A program made the position numbers and the translations under genes. From contig QPGO01000026.1 of assembly GCA_008632985.1 (NCBI GenBank), forward strand, positions 496,001-560,000: a stretch of 64,000 nucleotides of DNA, in the 5' to 3' direction. Numbering within the stretch: the first letter of the stretch is position 1; each line of letters begins with the position of its first letter. This DNA is from Psammoneis japonica. Its lineage: Eukaryota. The notes beneath the pieces are model-generated. The model did not search any database and had not been told where the DNA came from. It saw only the letters and a program-made list of their open reading frames with translations. Below are positions 24,051-34,699 of this stretch, piece by piece.

Positions 24051-25743
24051 CAACCAGCTGTGGAAAGATGCAGATTGGCAGTTGGTTGGTGCCAGCAGCA
24101 CTTTGCTCTTCTTTCAACATCAGAGGGGCAAAAAAGGTGGCACAAATCACAGGTCATTGTTTCACACACTGAACCTGTGCGCTCACATCTTCATTTGTTG
24201 GGTCGACACCTCAATCATTCAATTTCCTGTCCGCTGATTGAGATCTCAACTTTTTTATTTATTTGCACTTGTCCACATTAATCCTGCCGCCGATTGTTGC
24301 CCCACATCCCAAAATTGTTCCTTTTCATGTGCCCACTTTAATCCAACAATTAGCCAGCCTGACCGGCACACGTTTGTGGATCTCCTGGAAAATCCATTGT
24401 GTGTTCTCTTGCTTTTTTCACATGCAGCGACATTTGCATTCTCCAATTACATTGTGTGCATTTGATGTGTTCATGTTGTTTGTTTCCACAACATGTTGCG
24501 GCAGCATGAGCACGGGGCCGCGATCATCAATGCACACTCTGTGTTGAGTCAACCGAATCATGTCAAAAATGCTTTGTCCATCCTGCGATCCTTCCACGGC
24601 CTTTCCACCATGCAAACTTTTGACCACTGCGTTTTTGGCAAAGTTGACAGGGGGGAATCACTGCAGGCTCTGCGCAACCTCCATTGCCTCTTTCCGCATT
24701 GACCACGGGGCCGATTCTGCTGCCTTTGCCATCCCCTCCTGCCCAAGACAAGTTGTTTGACTCCATGGACCCCACTGATGAATGTTTGGAAGATGGTGAT
24801 GTCGGCTCTGAAGTTTCCGCTTTGTGCAACAAACCAACTGTGAATCATGCTGTTTGCACGCCGTTGTTGTCTGCCAAGGAAGTGTGCTCTCGCCTCGGAC
24901 ACTCCCTTGGGCGCTCACTTGCGAAGTGGATTTTCCGTCCAATGCAAGCAGCAGCAGCTCTGTTGCTGATTCTGGCTCCACGGAATTGATGCTGGAAGCA
25001 GTCCCTTTTGCTGACAATGACATTGCCGAAGATTTGTTTGATGACAGTGGTGACGACTGCGATGATGTAGATGACGCCGCAGGTGATGCCGCAACTGACA
25101 CTGTTTGTCCCAGAAAAACAGAAGACGGTTCTTTGAAGAAATGCAGTGCGCCATGTCTGACTGCTGTTGGAACTTTTTGTCGTTGCATGTTGAGTTGCTA
25201 AATTCCCTTTTTCTTGTTTGTAAGTTGTTGAGACGGATGATGATGCAATTGTTTTTACAAGTGGCGCCGGACATTGTTGCATCACCAAAACTTGATTCAA
25301 GAGGACAATGGAAACTCAATGGGCAAGGAAGGCCTTTCTTTCTGATCTTGTTTGGAAGCCCACCCCTGACTTTCTGGCACTTCCTCATTTGTGGCACAAT
25401 CCCAAGAATGGTCTCTGCCACTTTTTCAAGCAAGTTGTCACTCAACGACATCATCGGCAAATCTCTCGGTTGCATGTGTGGTTTCCATTGCATTCAAAGC
25501 CGTGGTTGGACTTGCAAGCTGGAAAAGAAGAAGGCAAAGGCTACCAGGCGCTGCATTCTGCAGCACCAGAAAGTGACAGAGGCCTTCAATGACCTGGAGT
25601 GCTGCGGCAAGAACCTTGTGGCCATGATTGACTTCATGCACCATTTTGTCCAGTCCAAAAGTCTCTTCAACCACACATTGTTCCTGCAGAAGAGCAGCTT
25701 CATTGCCAAGGCCAACTTCGTGGCACAGATTCAGAGCATCGCC

Positions 25744-26132
25744 GACGCGTTCCAGGTCTAGGTGGGACCTCGTACTGCTGAACTGTGACATCGATAGTTT
25801 TTTGAATCTCGTCGTATGTCGCGCACGTAGAATTCTACGTGATTTTTTGATATTTTGTGTCATTTTACGGTACACTTATTGAGCGATCCGTCCAAAAACT
25901 TTTGACATTTTTTGTTACAGCGCGATTCTATGCTGTCTTAAGAATCGCGTAGGGCAGGTGCATTTGCAAAAACGTCGAGTGGTAAGAGGCATAATTGTAC
26001 CACAAACTTGGCCGTTTATTTGATGTTGAAGATAAATGTATCCATTAATTAAATTCTCGTACTACGGAGCTCGCACGTAGAATTCTACGGGCCCAATGTC
26101 ACACGGAGTCCCACCTAGGGCTGGAACGCGTC
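25744..26132. mobile_element. MITE copy 1 (389 bp), TIR GACGCGTTCCAG..CTAGGTGGGAC, 4-bp TSD CGCC
   Basis: Left end GACGCGTTCCAGGTCTAGGTGGGAC, right end GTCCCACCTAGGGCTGGAACGCGTC. CGCC at 25740-25743 and 26133-26136. Near-identical copy at 53689. Non-coding. Confidence 0.93.
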
Positions 26133-26699
26133 CGCCGCATCCATCATGGAGACTCTTTTCCTGCCACATGTTGATGCCAAAAGGGGCACCACCTGCTTTT
26201 GGCCCAGATTGGTTTTTTCTCAGTGCTCAAAACCAAAGAAGTTTTCGCTCCCAGCAAACAATCTCCTGCAATCAGTTGACACCAAAGCCAAGCTTGGGTC
26301 AGGCAACGCAGTGAAAAACCTGCTGAAGACAGGCCCAGGTTCTGTCAGGGACCCAGTCAAAGACAAGGTTTGTGGTCAAAAAAGAGAAGGTCTTTGTTGT
26401 GAGTTGGTTGAAGAGCAAATGTGAAGCACATTTTCAAAGAACTGCAACAATCTCAACCGGCACAAAATGAAGAATTTGGTGGTCGTGCACTTGCGTGTTT
26501 GCAATTTGATGTGTGGGCACCTCAAGCCAAAGCAGAAAGAAGACTTCACCTCTTCTGCTTGGATTGGTTTGACTTGGAAGGGACCTGACCAAAAGGGCTC
26601 TGCGACCGACAAAGGTTGGTGTGTTTTCTAGCAGGGCCGTCGCCCCGCATCTTTTTCACATTTTCAAACTGATTTCTGCTGCTGATTTTTCTGTTGGAA

Positions 26700-28518
26700 T
26701 GCAAGGATCCCTTTCTCCGTTAAAAAGAAAGGCGGTCATGGACCTGGCTTCCAGCCGTCACTCTGTTGATCCCACCACCTGCCCCAATGCCAAGTTCCCC
26801 CCACTTGGCAAACTTGTGCATGATGTTGATGAAGACGAAGATGATGCCCTGTCCGCAGCTGACGAAGAGTCTCACCCCACACCTGTTGCTCTCTGTCCTG
26901 CAACCCCTTTTTCTCCCGTGTCTCTGGACGATTGCTTTCCACCCAACTGCCAATGCCTGGTCCCCAGCCTGCAAGAAATTGCCAAGCTCACTCCTTGTGT
27001 TCATGCATTTTACGATGGGGTTGACGATGATGGCGATGTCAATGAGGATTTGAACGACCGCGAGTTAATCCTGTTTCACTCCCCGTTTGATTTCCACCTG
27101 CTCTCTGACCTCCGTATGTTGACACATTCGTTTGAGTCAGCTGGGCCTCTCCCTGATGTCATGTGGCGTGGGCGCGAGTTAAACACGGTCCCTCCCCAAG
27201 CAACAAAGATTTCCCCAGGTCAAACAATGCTCCGTTCAGATGACAAGCTGTTTTTAAAAACATTTTTCCGGTCTCAAACTTCATTTTGGTGCATTGGCGC
27301 GTTTTGTTCTGGAGCGTGGCACCATCAACAAGAAACATGATGAGGGTTTTCCTGGGGGACCTCTGCACAAATGTTGAGTTGACTTTGGCTGTTGCACACA
27401 GAACTGGGTTGTTGGACCCAACCGTGCACCACAGCCATCTCCTTTGTGTGGCTTTGACACATGTTCAATTCTGATTTGGGTGAAGATGCAGAATTTCTTC
27501 TCCAAGTGAAGGCCATGTCAGCCGATGCTTTTGATTGCATGCAGCGTTGCCAGGATGAATTGTGCGTTGAATGTTTTGATCTCCCATCATCGCACAACAA
27601 CAAGGAGAGGACTCAAATGTTTGGCCAACAAGCACAAGATGCACTTTGGGCTGAACATGCCATGAACGAACTCTTTGTGCTCCAGCTAAAAAACATGAGC
27701 CATGGCGGCAGGACAGGTGATCACATGGACAAACAGGACTGCCATTGGTTCATGCACAGAGACACTGGGTGTCTCTGCTTGTTGGGTGACGACAAGGTGG
27801 GAGACACTTGGTCATTGAAAGCTTTGTTGAACAGCCGGGACAAGGCAGGAAATTGCTACATTCACAAATGCGGCATGAGAGACCTCAAGGCAAGGGTTGG
27901 CATTTTCACTCGTGCCATCAACCACAATTACAGCCAATTCATCAGGGAATGCTGCGGCGGTCCCATGCGTCTCCGGAAGGGCAATCTTTCCCATCGTCAC
28001 CCCAAAAATTCTTCTTGGATGACGGCTGCCCTTGGGAATCAGTTGCATTGCGATCAGAGGGCAACACAATGCAGGGCACCATGGCATTCCCCACTTTTGT
28101 CATGCGGAATCTCTGGTTGTCTTTGGCTGAGACCCCCACATGTGACATTCATGACGACCTGGGCATTCGCGGTTGTGTTCAGTTGGCAATCATGGCAAGT
28201 TGCCAGACGGGTTTCAACCATTTTTTTTATGTCTGCACAAAATGCTCAGACCAGCTGCACAAGTCTCCAGAAACCACTGCCCTTGTGTGTTTCCGTCATG
28301 CCATTGCTGTTTTTGGATCAACTGCCAGTGACATGGGAGCTGCCCCTTGTTGCATGAACCCCAGCGGCTGCAATTTCATTGCTGTGTGCTGCAATGATGT
28401 CGACAATGACCGAACAGACAACGATGCAACCGCTTCACCAACAAAGCCTCCCCCCATGTTCCTCCCAGGAAAAGGCGACGTTTGCAAACACCAGACAAGG
28501 ATGATTGCCAATGGGTGA
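26700..28518 (+). pseudogene. Hypermutated gene relic of unknown family, probably transposon cargo; contains an HxD segment weakly reminiscent of 2OG-Fe(II) dioxygenases
   Basis: Protein-like runs across ORFs 26621-27340, 27461-28357 and 27808-28518, with acidic tracts and LQLKNMSHGGRTGDHMDKQDC..TGCLCL..WSLKALLNSR. Confidence 0.35.
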
Positions 28519-29289
28519 CATCTGGTGAAGAACTGGAAAAATTGGAAATGAACTCTGCGATGGACCACATGACAACAGATGTGATTTCCCTGCTGGAGTG
28601 GATTGATGCCAGCACAGGCACTCAGAACTTCCATCACTTTACAATTTGAGAAAAAGATTTGCGAAATGTGCGCAGGTTGGTGGGGAAATCGACGATTTCG
28701 CCAACCTGCCTCGCACGCCAAGCGCGAGCTTGTCTGCTGCTGCAGCCAGAAACCTGGTCATCCAACCAAGGTTTCTGGAGGTCGGCTCTGAGTGTGTTTC
28801 CTGACATGGCTTAAGATTGAGAGTCACTGCTCCCACTGCAGTCGCGTCCAATGCCACACCGCCATGGACTTCCACAGCATGTCCGCCACACATCTGTCGG
28901 CCATCAGTGCTCTGGAATCCTTCCTTCACCCCCTTGCGCACGCGAGACAGAAAAATGGAAAGACACTGTAATGAGGAAAAAATGTGTGATAAACTTTGCT
29001 TGTCATTTAACAAAACACATGCAATGTCATCTTCATGGAATGATGTGTCATTTCAGTTGCACCTGCACACGAAATAAAAAGATGTTTCACGCCTTGTCGA
29101 GAACCGCTGCTGCAATGCTGCCACGATGCGACCCCTTCTCTTCTACAGCATGGCAGGACCCTGGGCTCGACGCCTTCAATTGTTGGCACAGCACACTTTG
29201 GATGGCACTCTGCCGGCAGTTTCGGCACAGTCTAGAGCAGTGTGCACAAAACCAGTTTTTGAGAAAATGATGCCACCAGAGAATGATGG

Positions 29290-30286
29290 TCACAAATCAT
29301 CACAATCTACATCAAAAAGTGGCTCACCATTTTGAATGGAAAGCTGTGTCACTGCTGCAACTGCCCCAAAAACATCAGCATGCTTGGAGAGGGGACGGTG
29401 TCTGAACTTCGTGCTCAGCACCCCCCAATTCTTGAGCCGTTCATTGCAGGTCTCCTGTCTGGCACGAGCACGCCTCTGCATTTCTTCATTTTCTTTTCAG
29501 TTGACAAAAGAACTGGGGCACTTTACATGCATGGGTGCCTCACCCAAGTGCCCATCATCAGCTTCCACGCGTTCACCCTCATCAAGTTCCGTCTTCAATG
29601 CCGATCGAAAAATTTGTAAGTCGTTGTACACACCGGGCTCAAAGGGCCCATTGATCCACACAATTTCACCAGTTTCAATGCATGTTGCAACTTCGTAGCG
29701 AAGTCCACACTCGTTGAACTTCTGCAAGTGGAACTTCTGGCCGTGATTCGGAGTGCGAAAGTCTGTCCCGTTGACTGTTGCCAAACAATCATTCCCGGTG
29801 TCGTCAATGCGGCGATTCTCCCAAACAATCTGGACAGAGCAAACAGCAAAAAAATCAATGCAGGTGAGAATCGATTTCAATTGCATGGAAATGTTGCTTC
29901 ACTCGGGCACTTGCCACGTGCGGCTCGAGTGACGACATCGCCTCCACAATCGCCCACTTCCACTCTCGAAAAGTTTTTTCGTCCACCCCCCCAGCCAAGG
30001 AGGCAAGTTCAGTTTCCTTGCCATCAGTTTTCACAAAAAGAAGTGCCCACATCATGTGGACAATGTTGCCGCCTTGCGGCAGGACGTCGTGCAGGACGAG
30101 TGGGTTCCACAGCATGAGAGCCACGATTGGGCTGCAACCAAAAAATTCACGAAAACGCCTGTCCTCGGTCATTGTGGCGCCAAACTTCTTCTCGCGTCCA
30201 TTCATCATTGAGCGTCCCAAATTGATGATGTCCTCAACTCCGACGGCAAGCCAGCGCATCCTCTTTCTTGGCGGCAGAGAAGCCAT
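29290..30286 (-). mobile_element. PIF/Harbinger-type DDE transposase (DDE_Tnp_4-like), inactivated; intron 29914-29830
   Basis: DRRFREFFG, HMMWALLFVK, VDEKTFREW, CLATVNGTDF (DGTD), GLRYEVATCIETGEIVWINGPF..G..NDLQIFR, EADDGH (ADDGY), RARQETCNERLKNWGVL..FRH. In-frame TGA, and a splice donor reading GCAAGT. Confidence 0.85.
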
Positions 30287-30554
30287 GGTGGAAAGTGGCG
30301 AGCCGGAACAAAATGAAACCAGCATTGAGTGATGGAAACAAGGTTGGGCCGTGGATTGTCTGCTGCTGTTGAAGTGCACGCATCGGCATGGCACACGCAA
30401 TCTGACAGTCACGATTTGTTCGTGTTTTGACCGTCATTCTCTGTTCTTGGGGAAAGTGCACATTTTTATGTGAGGAGAGCTCGCGCGTTTTTCAACCAAA
30501 GATTTCAGAAGGTGTGACACAGCTTTTGTTAACAAAAAGTCTTTGTCACAGTCA

Positions 30555-30752
30555 TTTTTCTGCACATCCGGGTTTTTCTTTCTATCCTGCAGGATTCTCA
30601 GTGCAGTTTCTACACAAATTTTTGCAACCCGGATGTGCAGAAAAAAACTGTGGCCAAAGCTGCACATCCGGGTGCTTGTGTGTCGTAGCTGCTGGTGGTG
30701 CTCCTGCGCAGTTTCCGGGTTTCACCCAAATCCAAAGCTGCACATCCGGGTG
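30555..30752. repeat. Four TGCACATCCGGGT motifs between the divergent Harbinger genes: one perfect 20-bp inverted pair and one 21-bp direct pair
   Basis: TTTTTCTGCACATCCGGGTT (30555-30574) pairs with AACCCGGATGTGCAGAAAAA (30626-30645). CCAAAGCTGCACATCCGGGTG occurs at 30654 and 30732. Confidence 0.85.
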
Positions 30753-30975
30753 TTTTGTCAAAAATCTGTGACGCAATCACAATGCCCCTGTCATTGTGTG
30801 ACCGAAAACATGTGAAAAAAATGTCGTTTTCACGAGCTCTTTGTAGAGACATGCCAGGAAAACCCAGGTCGCGCCATTTTTCCGTTGGGTTTCGTGTCTC
30901 GCCCGTTTGGCGACCGTCTTGCAGAAAAACCAGTGCTGTGCTCCAAACCATCATAATCACAACAGCAACCAGTCC

Positions 30976-32408
30976 ATGACGAACGCCATGAGCAACGAAG
31001 GGACGAAGGCCCGTTGGACGAAAGATCACGACACAAAGCTTGCAAAACTTTTCAAAGAACGCAAGCTTGATCCGAATCTTCTTGACTTGCAAAGCATCAA
31101 GAAAGCATGCGAGAAGCACTTCAGCGACATTCCGAAGCATCAGACTTTTGTGCAACAACACCGCAAGAAGTGTCGGCAGTGGGAAACCGACGAACTCATT
31201 CGAGCCAGGCGGAAAGGTGAGAAGCACATTTGTTTCCACTGTTCTGTTGTTTTGTTCGTCTCATGCTCACACCATCGTCTTTCTGCTTTGACTTGCACTT
31301 GCACAACTCAGGTGCCAAGCGAAGCGCCGAGAACGTCGTGGAAGACGTGCAAGACGAGGAGTCGAGCGAGGACGAGGAGTGCGAAACCTCAGAAGACGAA
31401 GAGGAATGCTCTAGCAACAAGGAGGCAGCCACCAGCATGCCGGGCAAGACCAAGAGGACCCCCAAGACAACGCGAGACGTGAACCGCGACCTTGCGTCAA
31501 AGTTCAAGTCGTCTGCTGCCATTTCATCGTCTGGCAAGACCAAGTTGAGGAACAAGAAGAAGGCGGACTCGCTTGTGAAGAAGGGTGAGATCACTTGTGA
31601 GTGTGGACACTTTTTCTTAGCATCTCCGTGGGCAGCATCCGACAAGCGCATGCACACTGCCGTGGATGTCCTTGTGCCGCCCTTCGCCACGTCACACTGG
31701 AACCCGAAGGTTTCTGATTGTGGCACGAGGGTCACACTCAATGAGCGCATCCCTCATTGGATGTTTAAGAAGGATCGCGTGCATGCTTCTATTCTCACTT
31801 CTAGGCCATCTTCGGAAGACCAAGTTCTGAAGGAAAGCGGAGTCGAGCAAGCCGGGCAAGAGCTGCTCAAGAGCTGCGGCGTTGAAGAGACCTCAGGCAA
31901 CGGCAAATGCCGCATGGTTTGCTGCCGCCCCCATGTCATTCACCTCCCATTCCCCTGCGAGACCAATTTTTATTCCACAAGCAGCAAGGTCAGTTGGAAG
32001 CTTGAGGCATTCGCACACGACAACGAAGAGCTCATGGAGCAAGCGCAAGGGTGCATGCTCCTTTCGATGGAGCTCGTGGTGGTGGAGAAGCCTTTAGATG
32101 AGGGTGAGGCAGTTGAGAAAATCAAATTTCTTGGTCAGTCTCCTCTAGATGCCGCAATTGCCAAGCAGGAAGCGAGGAAGCGTCGCCAAACTAGATTCGA
32201 ACACTCGGCGGCGGCGGCAGAGGGAGTCAACTCGTGTGACGACATGGTTTCGGATTCTGAGGAATGCGGCAATCTCAAAGATGACGATGAGCATTTGCAA
32301 AGTCGCAGCAGTTGTTCTGTTTTGGCAAAACAGCACATTTTGTACTCTCTGGTCTTGCTCCAGTCTCATGTTGGTGTTTGCAAATCAGCTGGATGCGTGT
32401 GCTTCTAG
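30976..32408 (+). pseudogene. Probable Harbinger accessory protein gene (N-terminal helical Myb-like segment, acidic tract), hypermutated; intron 31217-31311
   Basis: ARWTKDHDTKLAKLFKERKLDP N-terminus, in-frame GTGAG...CTCAG intron, EESSEDEECETSEDEEE tract. Divergent from the transposase; almost no Tyr. Confidence 0.55.
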
Positions 32409-33439
32409 CGTGTCATAGAAAAAAGAGAACATTTCCTAATTGTCAACCAATTAAAGCAACATGTTCGGTGCTGAACGTTTTAAAATGCATGACTGAACAT
32501 GCAAACAAACAATGCTTTCGAAACCAACCTCGTTCGTCCAATCAGGCTGTGCATGCCGGTGCAGTGCGATTTCAGACCAAACACGTTCATTCTGGCATGT
32601 TTCTGCATGAATTCTGTCCGTTTTTCGACACAATCCGCGATTTCCCACAGAGCTTCTGAAACCAACATGAACGAGTTCCGTGTGATGCTGATTTTGCAAA
32701 TGCCAATTGGATGCGGCGTCACAGTTGCTGGTCACAAGGATCTCCGCAATCTTGTTCATCCCATGGTTAACCTGGGGGCAGCAAAGCAACTGGCTCACCT
32801 TGCGAATGATGAAAGGGCAGAGGCACTGGAAATTCTCGTACAAAATTGTGATGTTGAACATCATGGGGACAACTGCAAGGAGTGTGCAACCTGCAAAAGC
32901 CATGAAAACAGAGTTGAAGAATTGATCAAGGAACATTTTGTCAAGAATCAACATCTCTTCTCCCTCATGGGTGTGGATGGTGTTCCCAGCATGAAGAGAT
33001 GTGGAACGTGCTGCTGGGAGAAAATGCCAGTGATGCGCGCCAAAGTTGCTGAAGACTCCGCCAATTCCATCCAACAATGCAAGCAATTGAAGGTTGCCAA
33101 TGTGGAGGTTGGTGCTGCGGTTGACCTTGACATGACGGGCTTTGTTCCCAAAACCAGGGAACCAGCCAAGTGGACGACACCTGCCCAGTGGCCAAACAGA
33201 CCAAGAATCATGACGATGGCATGATGACGCTGTCGCGGAATTGCCAAAGGAAGAAACAGCAAGCAGCATGAGTGTCAAGGTTGACACCCCTCCAGACGAT
33301 GCAACCAATTTGGGGGGATGCCACATGGTTGGGGTCACCCTGTCTGAGCCTGTGTCCCCTGTGACAGTCAAGGTTCTTTCTTGTGCATGACACAGACAGA
33401 AGACATCAATGTTGTGACACACGCCAACATTTTGCACGG

Positions 33440-34138
33440 CACCAATGATCATTTGTTTGGTCGCAATGCCAAGTTAAGGTCGGACGCTGCCCGTCTGCTC
33501 GTGTGCAAGAATTTCTGAAAAATTGCGACAGATCCGGAACCAAAGATCATGAATTTTACACAGCCTCTCTCTGTGACGGTCATGATGAACATCACCTAAA
33601 CTGCAATGTTTGCAGCCCAAATTTTGTGGATCAACCAATGCGTGAGTTTGGTGGAGAGTTCGCGGAAATCAACATGGACTTTTTCTGGTTGCAAAAGGGA
33701 TGGTTGAGCAACCAGTTCAGCAAAAACTTCTTTGGCAGAACAATCCCCGATTTAGCAAGTGCAATGAAAGTCGGCGGAGTTTTCTTTGTTCCCTTTAACA
33801 TTGAGACCTTTGTTGGTTACGTGGAAAATGAAAAGACTCTCAAGGAAAAGTTCGAAATCTGTTTTCCAAATCACCTAGAAACAAAAGTTTTGCTTCATGA
33901 GCCACGCCAATGCGGTTGCTTTGACAAACTGTTGTGTCACCAGAAACTGGGACTGGACCACAGACGTCAGATTGACAATCACCTGGCTGGAGTGTCGCAA
34001 CAGGAAATCCAAGAGTCAGTTCCAGAATGCATGCGTGGTCATGAGGTTAAACTGTGGACCAGACTACGGAACAAATCCCAGCAGGTGGATGTTTGTCAAT
34101 GGATGTTTTTTAAGAAGAGGCAAGTGATCAGAGGTTGA
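33440..34138 (+). pseudogene. Hypermutated gene with a possible Rossmann-fold methyltransferase-like segment
   Basis: EFAEINMDFFW...FFGRTIPDLASAMKVGGVFFVPF resembles the FD.I..DPP(Y/W)...L...LKPGG.hhh pattern of class I SAM methyltransferases. Confidence 0.3.
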
Positions 34139-34699
34139 TGCTTGTTGTCCCATCATTGTCAGCATCTTCATTTAGACTAATGTGCTGTGTGTGTTCATTG
34201 CTGGTCAACACGGGAACAGACATTGTGCCTGATGGAGTGACAAACAAAAAAGTCGATTGAGTCAAACCACTCCACAGAAGTTGGTGACGCCTTTAGATGT
34301 CAGGTTGTTTGCGTGCGTTGCCGTGTTGTCGTGACATGATCATCAAGAATTTGTTCCACAAAGTTTGTTCTATTTCACAAATGCCCATGGAACGAGAGTT
34401 GCAAGAAATTGTTCACCAGCAGAATGGAAAAGCGGAAGAACCACAGTTGCAATGTGTCAGCACACCGAAAGCCACCTGCAAACCAAGCATGTTTGATCCT
34501 CATTGTTCAGGCCCTCTTTTCCTTTGCCCATTGTGGGGAACCAATCCTGGACCAAAACCGCAAACCAACGTCAAGACCGACTGGGAGAACAGAATTTGCA
34601 ACTGGGACAACAAGGTTTGCCACTGCTGTTTGTGCCAGCTTTGGTGGCCAGAACCTCTTTGTGTGAGATCCACCAGTTCAACCACCAAGTGCCAGGTCA

